Positions 24,280 through 38,353 of a stretch of DNA of 64,000 bases are shown in pieces (the first letter of the stretch is position 1; each line of letters begins with the position of its first letter). Source of the DNA: Callorhinchus milii (Eukaryota); contig NW_024704742.1 of the NCBI RefSeq assembly GCF_018977255.1, positions 33,730,001 to 33,794,000 of the forward strand. The letters are read 5' to 3'. Made by a program: the position numbers and the translations under genes. The notes under the pieces were generated by a model that was not told where the DNA came from, made no database searches, and worked only from the letters and a program-made list of their open reading frames with translations.

Positions 24280-25579
24280 AGAGGACTGATGGTAGGAGAG
24301 AGGGAACGAGGAATGAGTAGTAGCGATTGAAGAGCTGAGTGTATGGGCAGGAATGTTAGGCTGGAAGAGATCGCAAAGGGAGGGAAGGAGGGATGGGCAA
24401 GATTGTGAAGGAACTCGAAGGTCAGGATAAGGATCTTAAAATCTATGAACACACTCTTCCTGTCAAAGACTGACAGGGACTTTCTCACTCAGAAACTGCT
24501 CCTCTCCTCTTGTCCTGGGTACTGAGGTCAGTTCCAGTTGCATTATGTGGTCACTGCACTTGCACTGACCTCTCTGGCCATGAAACAAGCATTCACCAAC
24601 CACGTTTTCACTGAACAAAGTGAGTATTACCTTCACCTCTGCCATTCTAAATTTGGGAGCAGACCCCAGCGGCTTCTCAAACCTCTAGCCTTTCAACTAA
24701 GTATTTACGACACTGCAATAAATTCTGGAGAACCAGCAAGATCCTTGGCGCTTTCAAAACGAATCAGGTTAAAAAAGGAGAATTATTGTCCATTCTATAC
24801 AGCTTAGATGATTAGCGTTAAACAGATAGGTTACTTCTTCTGATAAAAGGGTGAAAGCACATATTCAAGTTACTTAAGGGCTTAGGTTATGCGGGTTAAT
24901 GACAGGGAAATAAATACAAACGCTTTGGGTTAAAACACTTTGTATTGTGGTTTAGTTATTCATTAATGGGAAGAGAAGCAGGTCCTGTTTTATCAGAGGG
25001 TTGACACTATTCTGCTCTGACATTAAATTTAAACCAGATTTTATTTAATGGGACATGTCACTTTAATATGGGAGAAGGTCAGTTTTGATCATTGCCACCC
25101 ATAAGTCACACTTAGTCAGCGCACATCCTTTAAAGAGACTTTTGCTTTGCAGACTTTTGGTTTTATCATTTCAAATAGAATAAATTGGAATTGGCTGATT
25201 TGTGTGGTGATGTCATGCACATGGTGTACAGATAAACAGATAGACAGCACAGTGTAAGCAGACAGAATGGACCACTGCAAAACAGAACAGTTGACTCTTA
25301 AGGCCTGAGAAGACTGACTCTTTCCCTCTCTCAGCATACAAATATTGTTTGTATTAACTGGTATTAATAACTATTACATCATTAGAGTACTGCAGCGTAA
25401 TTGTTATATAGTGTATCAATATTATGATATAGTCAATATAATTAGATCTATACAATTATCGCAGCAAGAAAGTGCTATGTTACTAGTGCAATGCTACTGA
25501 TGGATTTGAACTAGTACTTATAATACAATACGAGCAACTAATATATTAAATACAGTATCATTTAATACAGTATAAGTCT

Positions 25580-25935
25580 GGAGTCCTGTAGCTCAGTGGT
25601 TTGAGAACTCGCCTCACAAACAAGAGGACCTGGGTTCGATTCCTGGGTGGGGCGAAACGTTGGGCAAGTTTCCTTACTCCACACGCCGCTGTTTACTTAG
25701 CAGTAAGTAGGAACCTGGTTGTTAGTTGATTGTCGGATCGTTTTTCCGGGGGGTAATAATTCCTTAAAAAAATTGATCACTCAATCCATGACTCTTTGTG
25801 GGACACTGCTGCACGCAATTGGTTTCACCCACAAAATATACAGTCAATTCACTTTACAGTATATTCTGTGAAGTGCTTTGAGACATCTCGAAGATGTGAT
25901 AAGGCGTTATACCAAATGTAAGTTTTATTATTATA
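25580..25935 (+). mobile_element. tRNA-derived SINE, full length (family A)
   Basis: Head ggagtcctgtagctcagtgg (A box) and gggttcgattcc (B box); central ttgggcaagtttccttactccacac; L2-like tail ending in (TTA)n. Confidence 0.88.
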
Positions 25936-28900
25936 TCAATTACAAGGATTATTATTATTATTGAATAACATTGTATTATTCACAGAAAGCAGCATTTTAC
26001 AAGTAATGTATTTTTATAGGCTTCTATCATCTGAACTAATTAGTAATGGATATGTCTGTAGTATTAGCAGAAATAGGATTCTTAACAAAGTTAGCATGAT
26101 TTGCTTAATTTGTGATGACTCTTCAACAGATTTTTTAAAAAGAATTGTGGCCCAACATATTCAGTGTTCTAGAAATTTGATAATTATATAATTTCCATAT
26201 AAGACATCTGTTGAGAAATGCCACAAATTGTATCACTTTGAAAGAAAACGGAAATGGTAGCGTTTTATTACAGCGTCAACAATTTCATTATTAGAAAGCA
26301 TAGGCAGTGCTATAACAATAACAACTTGAATTTATATATTGTCCCAGTGCTGTAGTGATACTACAATGCCAATAGTGTTAACAGCAATAATTTTAGTTAC
26401 TGGTTTTTGAAAATAGTTTAGAAAATTTTAATTCCAACATTTATAATTTATAAAGCATACTATTGGAGCAGATTGAATGGCAGATTATGTTGACTTGTTT
26501 TTTTAAACAAAATATATATATTATAATAAATAGAATATATATTTATACTGGTATCGAAAAATTCCTGTGACAGAAAAGAGAAACCACAACACATTAATAT
26601 TCTGATACAACACACAACAGACCCATCTCCTTGTGTGTGTGTGTGTGTGTGTGCATGTGTGGGGTGGGTGGGGGCTGCTTCTGGTATTCCCGCATCAGGG
26701 TTCTGCTGCCCTCTACAGGGCGCAGTTACAAGGTAGGTCTTATCCCCACTCTCTGCTGCTCCCCTTTAGGTGGGGTTGGAGGGGGGGGGCATGGACAGGT
26801 TTACAATACACAAGAGGTGCACACATTAGCGCGATACTCTTACCTGTTCAGGGAGCACTTGACACACAGGAGAACAAAATGGGACAATGTTGAGATTCAC
26901 AATGCTGGCATCTCTTTCCTCATTGAGCACAAACATTCAGTAAGGGATACTATTATTATTACATCCACTAAGGGGTACTTTTCATACCAATGCATACTAG
27001 GAGATACTTCCATTATGTCACATTTTCCCTATCGATGGTTAGAAACTGGTGCAATAGACATCTGGGTACGTACTTTCCTCAATTTGTATTGGGAGTCATT
27101 GATCCACGTCACACGTAACCATTGTGGGATTTTTAAAAAAATGCAGTACAGTATTGCATAACAGATTTGATCTGCTCATTATCACATTTTCACCACCATG
27201 TTACCAAAATGATGTAACCAATGGGAGTTGTACATTATTCCATTATTTGCTCTTGCTCTCAACTTGAGTTGGGAAAAAGATCAGTAGCATTTTAAATAGC
27301 TTGCTAGGAAAATAAATGCTTTGCTTATATCATACATCAGAGGAACATTAAAGTGGCGCAATCTGAATGAAAGTGTTTAGCAAAATATTTATTGTTTGCA
27401 AAGATACAATGCAATGGTGTCGTTTGAATCACAATGCGTCATTGTATCACTTGCACACATCATCAGGATACAAATGATGACTCTTTCTGTCCACTCTAAC
27501 TTCAAAATAATATGTTTAACAAACACGTTACCATGAAGACAATGCTCCTTTTAACACCAACACAGCAGTACGTGATCTTATTTACCTTCAGCTATCTAGA
27601 TGCTCAGCAGCAACAACATAACTACCAAATAAATAATTCATAGTAAGTGAATAGTATAAGGTTGCATCTCCAATGTGATAGATCAAATAAAGGTGGGGTG
27701 TTTGTATTCTCATGAGCTGCAATCTGTAAAGTTTAAAGGGAACAAATTCAGCATTTGTTAGCTTTTGTATTGTGTACCCACTGAATTGTACAATGACAAG
27801 AATGAGGCATGAAAGAAAGAACTTGAATTTTTAGTCCCAAAGGTATTTATTGCCAATGTAGTCACTGTTTTAATAAGCAAATGCGATAGAAAGGCCCCAC
27901 AAACAGTTATGAGGTGAAAGACCAATTAACCTGGAGAAACTCTTTGTGAATAGTGTTACAGGATCTTTAATGTCTACTTAAAAGGTTGGCAGAATCTTGG
28001 TCTAATAACTCATCGAAAAGGCAATAATGCAGCACTTCTGAGCACTGCACCAGAGTGTTTATATCACAAACTCAAGGCTTGAAATCACAACTTTCGACCG
28101 AGTGTCAATATTGCGATACCAAATGACCAAACTAAAGAATTGCAGAACACAGCAAAGGCTAAACTGGATTGTGACACAGCAATTGAATAACCAAATATGT
28201 TTTTACAAAATAATATTGCTCAATTGCAGATCTCTGGAAACTGAGGATTGAATCTGTACAGAAAGACTGGTACAACGGTTGTTGGTTGTAGTTGAGGATG
28301 TATCTAATTAATTGCCTGACAAGATAGTACGGTTACCAATGGCAATTTGACTCCTTAGATGTCCCTTGTGGTTCTTAAAAAGTCTCAGTGACTTAAACGT
28401 TGATGCTTCTGGTAGTGAGGTCCCAATGGCTGGTTCTATCTGCAAGTTTCTATGGATCAGAAGGCACCACAGTCATAGTCATGGTCTCGTACTTGTGATG
28501 CTGAACCTTTAGTATGTTCAGATAGCTCAATTTAACCTGTCTGGTTTATACCTGTTGGGACAGGAGTCTCTAATCCCTCTGAGCTCCATTTGGAAATGCC
28601 CTACTAACAGTCACCACTGTGTAAACAGGCTCTCCATTAGAAAAATGCTGTGCTGTTTACTGGTCTCAATGCTGTTCTTAAACTCATAAATTCATAATTT
28701 GACAACCCGGTTTCCTTAATTTACTCCAGGATAATCTGGAGATATATACTTCAATAATTCCAGGAGTAATGTGGCATTACATAATGTCACTAACTCGATG
28801 TCTAATCTGTAGTTTTTTTTAAACTCACTCTAGGTCTAATCTGGAGTTAGATACTTTCACTAATTTCATATGGAATCTGGAGTTAAATACTTTCTATAGT

Positions 28901-31900
28901 TCAGGTTTAATCTGGAGTTATTTAAATTCTCTTATTTTATGAATAGTGAATACTGAATTCTCTTCTGAATACTGAAATAAATCTTCCTTACAGGTTGTGA
29001 AAAGCACTATATCAAATGCAAGGATTATTATTATTTAGAAATTTTTTTCCACTCTCTTTTTAATAATAATAATCGTTGCATTTGATATAGAGCCTTATCA
29101 TATTTTCGAGACCTCTCAAAGCGCTTCACAAAATGTACTGTAAAATAAATTGACTGTATATATTCTGTGGGTGACATGCGGGAGCCAATTGCGCACAGCA
29201 ATTGTTTGGGGGCAGGAATGAAGAGAGCAACACATTGAACACTAGCGAAATTTAGCGCAATTTCCTAACAGTGCGCCCCAGTTTGATCATTTTCATTAAA
29301 CTAGCTAACAGGGATGTTAACCCCAATGTTTTCTATAGTCTGGATTTGTCCGCTTGGTTGCTTTTTTTACCCATTCATGTGCGTTCCATTTATTATTCAA
29401 CAGATTACACCTTTTGTTCTTTCTCCTTTAAACCTTTCATGACATTTAACTGTGTGACAGGTAGCATCATCCCATGCTGACAAAATGGCTGCATTGTCGA
29501 GAAGTTCTTAGAAAATGTCAACAACCATTAACAAGACATGTGGAAATCTCGTTATGCCTACAGCTCCTCATCGAATTAATAATGCCATGCATTCTGTTGT
29601 AAAACATTGTTACAAACTTTGTTTTCAAAGTCAAGGGAGTGGCCTGGACTGAAATGCTTCAATAAAAACTTGCTTTAGTTACAGTGCAATGTTGGAGTAT
29701 ACACGGGCAAAACCTCTGCATGGTTTGTTATAATCTTTCAGTATATTTGGAGCAAAAATAGATTTGAGACAGTGTCAAGTGTGAACGAAAGGAAGAAGGA
29801 AAATGATCTTTCAGTATTGTGGCAGGTGAAATGGCTTTTCCTTTCACAATGGTCAATATGCCAAATGCCTTTGGCTGATGGACAGGGTGTGCAATGAGAT
29901 TGAGAGTGTAATATGAGACTGTTTCCAGCTCACCTGGCAGAGCTGTGTAGTTAAGGAGCTGTCAGCAATCTCTGAAAAGGAGGATTACTCACGTTGATAA
30001 TCCTACTGCACTAAATAGCACTTTCTCATTATACAGCTGTGTACTACTTCCATATTGCACTGTTGAAAATCCATTAAAGAATATTGTATGTTTGTGTATT
30101 TTGTTTAACAATATCATAGGTCCTCTGACCAAATACAGTATTTCAGGTACAGTAGAGTTTGTGAGTGTGATTGTCTTTGCCAACCCTGAGTTCACGAGTA
30201 AATTAATGCCAAATCAGTTGGTTCTGAAGAGCTGTTACCTCATTTTAGGTGGGAAGTAGTTGGGGAGTTACAATTGACATCAGGCCACATAAGTTAGGGA
30301 GAGGAACATAAGATGCAAGAACAGCTCCTACTGATTGCTAGTCAGAGATGTTTGCTGGAAAGCACAGATGTGTTGATGTGAGGTGAGGGCTGCATCAGCT
30401 GTGAAACCCTCAAGGTCAAATAGCCTGTTATAGTAATAATATAATAATCTTTGCATTTAATATAGACATCTGGTGACACACACTGCCATTATGTCCAGTG
30501 ACCACCTAGTCATTCAGAGTCATAGAAGCAAAACACAGTCAAAAACCTCTTCAGGTAAGGAAGGAGAGAAAAATTGAAGAGAAAATATACAAAACAAAGG
30601 ATACTTTTCTGATCGACAGTGAAGTTACCAACCTTTGTGCTATGTGTCCACAGCAGGATTTCCACTACCAAAGTGCGAACTAGCAAGGTCAGTAACTTTA
30701 CACTGGAATTTCATAATATTTGTTATTGTCTGCACTTCTGGTGTCTCATTTCTTTTGAGCAGTATCTAAAATCTTAGTTACAGGGAATCCCTTAAACCTC
30801 TGCACCATGGGTGATAAACACATTTGAATTATATGAATTTGGTTTCTCTATCTACATTTAAAATTGTTTGAAGGTCATGTCATCGTGTAGCATTGTGGAC
30901 ACCTGCCTCAGCCTGTGACTATACAATGCTCCTTCCTGTGCACAGCATGGTGTATCTGCTGGAATAGGAATGCTGTGCTTAAATCTGAGTAATGTGTACT
31001 CTGGGGCACCGTACAGCACTCTGGACATATTAACATCCAAACATCAAAGCTACTCCTAAAAGTTTCAATGCCCAATTTGACGACTTAAAACAAATTAAAC
31101 CATCAAAAATAGTGGATTCTCAGAATTTCAAGTTTGAATATTATTTCTTTAACATTGGGCATATTTAGATGGATAAACCATTCTTCCTTATTATTTCAGT
31201 GAAAAGAACAGATGAAGAGAACACTTGTTGACTGCTGACTGACTTTCTCTTAAACTGCATTGATTGGAATCGATTGACCCGAGATCCTTTGCCTGGGTCA
31301 TTGTTAATTCCTGGAAGCAATGCTGATTAAGGTCAGACTGATCACTCAGGGGCTGCTCGCGACTAAACAGTAAAGAATGAAGGAAAGCCACGTAAGATCA
31401 GTTGGCTGAATGAGATACAATTTCCACATTATTAGCAGTGAACAAAAGGTTGTGCTTGATTACTAGAAGAGGCTTTGGTCGGGGTGACACTGAGGAAACA
31501 ATGAGAAAGAGCTGTTTCACATGGCTAGTGATCATAGCACATTACATCTTTTTCACCAGTCAGATTTGAGTAGACGCATTGGAAGAGCAACGTAGAAGTC
31601 CAACTTTAAGTGATCGCTCCCGTGACTCCGTTGTACTTATAGGTTGTGCCAATCACCCAGCCATGGCACTACTGCCAATCAAACAAACGAACACCCACAA
31701 AACACACAGTCACTACACTTTACAGTATATTCTGTGAAGTGGTTTGAGATGTCTCGAAGACGTGCTAAGGCGCTATATCAAATGCAAGGATTATTATATA
31801 ACGAAACAAGAAACACAGCACTCTACTTGTTTGGGTTAACAAACCAGAGCTGAAACTTCTCATATCCTTAAAAGTTAGTCTTAAAATTGAAGATTATGCA

Positions 31901-32998
31901 GATTTTTTTTGGAAAATTATTGATTTCTTAAATTGGAAGTTGTTTTTTTGCAGTTCTCAAAAAGAATATTTAGAAAAGCATCGAATAACAAGAATGCACC
32001 ATGCCTGTCTTTAAAAAAANTCATGTTTTATTCACCTGTTACATTGCAAAAATATACTGTATTAAAGATCTGCTATAGGTTGAAAGTCCACTCATTAAAA
32101 CAATTATTATTATTTTATTGTTGGGGTTTAACCAAGATTGTTCAATTGATTGTTTTAACATGAGGTGTAAACAACATTCAGCCTAGCCAAAGGTCTATGC
32201 TCACGAGTTTGTTTTGAGCCCGATATTAAAGTCAGGCAGAGACTTGAGAGGTAATCAAGCAACGTTTATTTAATTAACTCGCAGTAAAAAGTTATATATA
32301 GTAGTTAAAGATTATGCTTACAACTGCAACATGTAATTCAGAACTGACGGGTAATCTAATCCGCAATCTGGTGAAGAGTCAGAGTTGTGATCTTTTACTG
32401 GGGTTGGTCGCCACCAGGTAATCCAATCTGCGTCCTGAGCTCTTGCTGAATGTTGTTCATGTGCAGGTCCATCACTTTGAGCAGGTCGTCCCAGGACAGC
32501 TATAAGTGTTGCTTGCAGTTAGCGAGTCTGTTGCTCTTTTGACTTGCTCTTTTTTTAAAAAATCATTGAGCATACTGTCATCCCTTATATACCTCTATTG
32601 GTCGAGCACACCGGTCTGATCTCGTCAACCCCAACCTCTCCAAAACAGTGAGGAATCCTTGGGACAGATATTGGGATTGATCTTGTTAATGGAAGGTTAT
32701 TATTATGATTAATAATGGAAGGTTGACCTTGTTACCTTCAATCATTGTGTTCTCTCTCCTGAAGGATTCTGGATCTTACAGAAGTCAAATCCGTCTTTTC
32801 TCCATGTCCCTTAGTACTCTTACTTCTTAAGTGTCGATTTATCTCCCTTATTGCAACAGGAAAACAAGTGGACAGATTTTCAAAGCTCTTCAAAACTTTT
32901 GTTCATAAAGACAATCACTAAATCTGACAGTGATTTGAGATGTTTGGATGCAATTAAGAAATTTAATCAATGCAGGTTTTCTTTCTCACTCCCTCCAG

Positions 32999-33174
32999 TC
33001 AGGATTTGTTCAAAGAAAGTATGCGACAGATCTCATTGCATTCTTCATGTTGGTCGTTCAGAAAATATTGAATGCCTTTGTTGCCAAAGTTTGGCCCCCT
33101 TTTAAGATGTCCCACTGAATGAATCTGGGGATCAGTGAGGTAAAGAAGACCCTTCCCATCACCTGTGATCCAAC
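32999..33174 (-). CDS. ALPK1: ALPK1 last coding exon (176 bp including stop)
   Basis: [57 protein letters not shown]; contains the alpha-kinase LTDPQIH, NxG and H-x2-C-x3-C zinc motifs; TGA at 33001-32999. Confidence 0.93.
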
Positions 33175-33297
33175 CTGGGGAGGCAGCAGTAAGAATATAG
33201 TTAGAAACAAGGCGCTATAACAAATGCAATTATTATTTAACAAAAGATAAATCAAACCACATGTTCTTTGAAGCAGAACAGGAGGTAGAACAACGGT

Positions 33298-33550
33298 GAA
33301 CAACAACAACAAAATTACATTCGTAAAGCGCTTTTCAAGTCGGGAGGATATCCCGATTTTGAATTACATCCTGAAGGAAAGGGAGCCAGTGGAGCCGGGC
33401 GAGGTTGGGGGTAATGGGATCATGGAGCCTGGTACGGGAGAGGACACGAGCTGCAAAGTCTGGATGATCTGCAGCTTGTGGAGGGAAGAGTTGGAGAGGC
33501 CAACAAGGAGGGAGTTTCCGTAGTCAAGCCGAGGTGACGAATGCATGAAT
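33298..33550 (-). mobile_element. L2 LINE fragment
   Basis: RLDYGNSLLVGLSNSSLHKLQIIQ, with a deletion joining it to the (TTG)n tail. Confidence 0.8.
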
Positions 33551-34185
33551 GAACAAACAACAAAATAACTCAAATCATGCTTTCCCCCCAATGAGCCCCT
33601 CATACAGTGTTTGCTATCACCAGTACAGTTCTCTGGATAGCATTCCCAATCAGGAGTGGGAAGCTTGGCTGATTTTTCCTTTTCAGCTCAGGAGTGAGAT
33701 CAGCCAAATCAGCACAGTCCAGGAGTTAACCCTTTTATCATCTCAGTCTTCATTGCCTACCACTTCTCAGTCTTTTAAGGCTGAATGCTTCCCAGTCTCT
33801 ATTATTTAGTGCCGGATGCCTTATTTGAGAAACATCCACGGTCCACACCAACAATATTTTTGTATTTCCCTTCCAGAAACATAGTATTTACCTACGATCT
33901 TGTTTCAAAGTTCTCAACACTCCCAGTTGGGCACCTGAGCTGGGGCTAGGAGCTAAGGGAGATGAGGTGGGGAGAGGAAAAAGATGACCGAATGTGCAGT
34001 CAAAGAGTTAGGACTTGACGTGACTAAAAGTATTGTATAGCCTACGGCCATGCCTTCATCCACTGGATCATTGGAGGAGCTTCAAGGTCTCATCCTTTGA
34101 AGGTTAAAAATAATGAAGCAATGATGACCATGTGCTGTAGTTTAATTACTAGGCAGCTATCATTGTGTAGCACAGAATTGGTTAC

Positions 34186-34372
34186 CTTGTAAATCAACAA
34201 CTATTTCTTCTTGTTTGGAAAACTCGTAAGTAAAATGGCCGAATGCGAGCCCATACATAGTTGCTTCATATTCTCTACGTACGGTGTTCGTGTTGTTTGT
34301 TAGCTTCACAAACTCCCCAAGCATATATGGCTCCACACTTATACAACCCACAATCTGTTCATCTTCCAAAAG
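34186..34372 (-). CDS. ALPK1: ALPK1 coding exon (187 bp), alpha-kinase domain
   Basis: [28 protein letters not shown]...[23 protein letters not shown]; boundaries cccag|...|gtaacc. Confidence 0.94.
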
Positions 34373-34569
34373 CTGGGGAAACAAACAACACATATCTTAT
34401 TCAGGAGTAATTATCAGGTTTACTGATCAGTACACATTTGTAAAAGCATTTTATATTGAAATGCTGTCCTTTCTAATAAAATACTAAGTTATTCAGGAAA
34501 AGAAACAGATTGTTGTTTAGTTTATTTCCTACTTGCATTTGTGACATAAAATACTAATGAGAGTGTGTG

Positions 34570-37540
34570 TAAACTTTGACACTGACTAAACTATAACACT
34601 GACTTGAGCAGAGAGCCCAGCAGCTTGAGGAGGGAACTGAGTGAGGTGGAACAGAGTGAGAATTCTGTTTAGGAATTTGGTGAGAGTGGGAATTCGGTAC
34701 AGAGGGGAAAAGAGGTGCAGGTAAGAACTTGTTTTGATCTCCTTGTAAAGGAGAAACACTACCAGTGAAAGAGCTCAGTGCGGGAGCCTTTTCGGGGCCT
34801 TCGGGAGATCGGAAAGTGAAGTCAGGTGTAGAAGATGGGAGTTTCAGTTGGTCTAGACACAGGGGAACTTAGACCAACGGTAACATTCCTGAGGGAGTAG
34901 GTGTTAAGAATTAAGGAATGTGAGCAAGGGACAAAAGGTACAAAACTACTTCTTCACCTATTTATCCTGAAATTGTTAAAGGTAAAATAGATTAACGGGA
35001 AAATAACTAAAAACAAATAAAAGATGACGGTAATACCTTGTAAATTAAATAATCCTAAACATTAAGTGGAGTAGAAGCTACAAAGGGATAATGGCAACAC
35101 AGGTAGTGTGTCAAAGCTGCAGTAAGTGGGAATTTGTGGACAGTAAGACTGTTCCCAATAGTAGCATCTGTGAAAAGTGCACATGTCCTGAGTCACTCCG
35201 ACTCAGAGTTTTTGATCTGGAGTGCGTGTTAGGGTTAGGGTCTGTGGGGAAGGAGGCCTGAATGCAAACCAAAGCACCATAAGAGCACAAGGCAGTGCAA
35301 GTGGGGGAGGAGCAGAACAAAAACGTTGTAGTTATAGGGGATGAAATAACTAAGGGGATCGAGGGTATCGTCTGCAGTTGGGATCGAGAATCCAGGAGTG
35401 TGTGTTGCCTTCCCGGTGCCAGGGTAAGGGATATTTCAAAGCAACTGGAAAGGAACTTGGGAAGGGAGGGGATAAGAATCAGTTGTCGTTATCCATGTGG
35501 GAACTAATGACATAGGAAAGAGCAAGAAGGAGGTCCTGCTAAGGGAGTATCAAGAGCTAGGGGTTAAATTAAAAAACAGACCTCAAAGGTGATAATCTCT
35601 GGGTTGCTACCCGAGCCACGTGCAAATTGGCATAGAGATAAGCAGATTAGGGAAATTAATGTGTGGCTGAAACACTGGTGTGGGTGAAAACTAAAACATA
35701 AGGCAAGGAGAGGATGAGAGCAAAGGTCAGAATACAAATAGTGATAAAGATAACATAAATATTACACAAAATAAAAAGTAATAGGAAGTTATCAGAAAGG
35801 TGAAACAAGTCAAAATATGTGAGAAGAACATCGTCAGGGAGTATAGGCATGTTGGGGACAGTTACCCAAATAAGAGCTATGTATACAAATACATGTAGCA
35901 TAAGAAATAAAAGAAGTGAGTTAGAAGCACAAATTCAGCTTAAAGGGTATAATGTAGTTGCCATTACAGAGACCTGGTTACAAGCTGGGCAGGACTGGGA
36001 GCTAAATATTCCAGGTAAAAGATCTTTAGAAAAGACAGGGACATTGGGAAAGGAGGAGGAGTAGCAATATTGATAAAAGACACTTTTACAGCAGTGGAAA
36101 GGAAAGATTTCAGTTAGGGCGATCGGGTAGTGGAAACACTGTGGGTAGAATTAAGGAACAGCAAAGGAGGTAAGACTCTACAGACCTCCAGAGTTGTGAT
36201 GTAGTGGGGAAATGTATAAATACGGAGATCAGGGAAGCATGTAGCAAAAGCAATGTGGTTATAATGGGAGATTTTAATTTTCACATAGACTGGGAGAAGC
36301 AGGATTCCTCAGTTAGTAAAGGCAATGAATTTCTAGAACGTATTCAGGATAGTTTTTTGGAACAATATGTTTTAGAACCAACAAGGGAACAAGCCATACT
36401 GGATTTGGTGATGGGTAATGAGCCAGAACTCGTTAACAATCTGACCATAAGGGAACATTTTGCGTATAGTGATCATTATATGATTGAATTTGACATTGGA
36501 TTTGAGAGGGAAAAAGGAGAGTCCCAAACCAAGGTTTTAAATTTAAGTAAGGCAAACTTCGATGGAATGAGAAATATATTGACTACAGTAAACTGGGCTG
36601 AACTGTTAGTGGGTAAACCTGCAGATGAACAATGGGAAGTATTCAAAAAAGTATTTGAAACAATACAGAACATGTACATACCCTAAAATGCAAAAGATCC
36701 AATCCTGTAGTTAAGCAACCATGGTGGACAAAAGAGGTTAGAGACTATATCAAGCTAAAAGAAAAGGTTTACTCAAAAGCAAGAAAAAGTGGGAATGCAG
36801 AGGACTAGGAGAACTACAAAAGGAGAACACAGGGATACCAAGATAGTAACAAGAGGAGCAAAAAGGGAGTATGAAAAAGAAACTTGTAAGGGATATTAAA
36901 ACCAATAGTAAAAGCTTTTATAAATATATTAAAAGAGAATGGTTCAAGGGCAATGTGGAATGTGGGTCCGTTAAAGTAGGTGAGACTATAACGGAAAATA
37001 AGGAAATGGCTGACTTGTTAAATAAATGCTTTGCTACTGGGTAAAGGATAGGACAAAATACCAGCCATGCAGGGGAACCTAAAAATAAGTCAAAGAGAAA
37101 TGCTTAATAGAATTAATATAAATCAATAAATGGTAATGGAGAAAATAATGAGACTCAAGATCGACAAATCTTCAGGACCTGATAGTTTCCATCCCAGGGT
37201 GTTAAAGGAATTAGGAGCGGAATTGCAGATGCATTCGCCATAATTTTCCAAAGCACACTAGATTCGGGAATTGTGCCCTTAGATTGGAAAATTGCGAATG
37301 TCACCCCTTTATTAAGAAGGGAAGGAGGGAGAAACCAGGAAACTACAGACCTGTCAGCTTAACGTCAGGTTTAGGGAAAATATTAGAATCCATCATCAGG
37401 GACAGAGTATTAAGGGATATGGGGAGAATGCGGGAAATTGGAATTGAAAAGATTAGTTGAGGTACAGATCAACCATGTTCTAATTAAACGGCAGAACAGG
37501 CTCGAAGGGCTGAATTGCCTCCTCTGTTCCTATGTTTTTA
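34570..37540 (+). mobile_element. Degenerate CR1-clade LINE (5' UTR, ORF1, APE endonuclease, start of RT, 3' UTR), internally deleted, antisense in an ALPK1 intron
   Basis: ORF1 remnant MATQVVCQSC...CEKC with esterase-like VVVIGD...VCCLPGARVRDI. ORF2 remnants YTNTCSIRNK...VVAITETWL, VIMGDFN, ILDLV and SDH, then RT-start ...GNYRPVSLTS. The sequence jumps at about 37410 to a CR1-type 3' end (ggctcgaagggctgaattgcctcctctgttcctatgtt). Many stops and frameshifts. Confidence 0.9.
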
Positions 37541-37644
37541 GACCAATGTAATTTCAAAAAAGGCGTTCAAAAAGCATTTGTTTGGAAAATGTCAGTCTAA
37601 ATGTCAGTCTTTGTGGTGGACATAAAGTGCTACTCCTCTCTATG

Positions 37645-37895
37645 CAATCCTAATAGGTCTTTTGTCACTAGAGAAGAGACGTTTAAGAGGGGACCTAACA
37701 GCGGTGTTTAAAATAATAAAAGGGTTTGATAAGGTTAACATATAGAGGCTGTTCCCATTTGTTGGCAGGTCGGTAACCAGGGGACACAAATATAAGGTAG
37801 CAACTAGGGGATCTAAAAGAGAATTTAGGAGGAATTTTTTCATGCAGAGGATATTGAGAATGTAAAACTCACTGCCCAAAATGGGGATTGAAGCA
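37645..37895 (+). mobile_element. CR1 LINE ORF2 C-terminal fragment
   Basis: LEKRRLRGDLTAVFKIIKGFD...TRGHKYK...RRNFF...NSLP. Confidence 0.85.
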
Positions 37896-38190
37896 GATAA
37901 TGCTAATAATAATCCTTATATTTGGTATAGTATCTTTCACAATGGGAGGACACCTCAGAGTGCATCACAGGATGTACTGTAAACTGTAGTGACTGCATGT
38001 TTTGTGAGCCCTTCACCCTTTAGAGTTTAAAAAAAATTAAAACCATTGGAGGATCCCATAATATTTATGTAAACCTCTTAGGAATCTCTTAAGTAAATCC
38101 AAGATCTGTACATTTTGTACAAGAATTTGTTTTGAATATAAATCTGGGCCCCATCATTCTGCACACATTCCATGATGTTGCTGGCCTTAC

Positions 38191-38353
38191 CATAAGGACA
38201 GTTGCTGGGATATAGTAGATCTGTGTGGGAACCTGCTGCTCGTACAGTTTTTTGTTGAATTCCGTTACATAATATTGTGCAGTCATCTGCCGCTCAACAT
38301 CGTTGAAGTGGTAAGACAGTTCCTTTGTCTTTTTATATTGCTTTCCAACATAC
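38191..38353 (-). CDS. ALPK1: ALPK1 coding exon (163 bp), alpha-kinase domain with catalytic Lys
   Basis: [54 protein letters not shown]; boundaries tccag|...|gtaagg. Confidence 0.94.

Noticed and set aside
25580..25655. tRNA gene (also 61908-61985 and 61655-61730)
   Set aside because: A and B boxes are present but continue into SINE bodies and do not form a full cloverleaf.
26631..27161. 176-aa ORF
   Set aside because: Starts in a TG microsatellite with a non-ATG codon and has no recognisable homology.
35819..36686. Functional endonuclease/RT gene
   Set aside because: Fragmented by frameshifts and stops; a dead CR1 copy.
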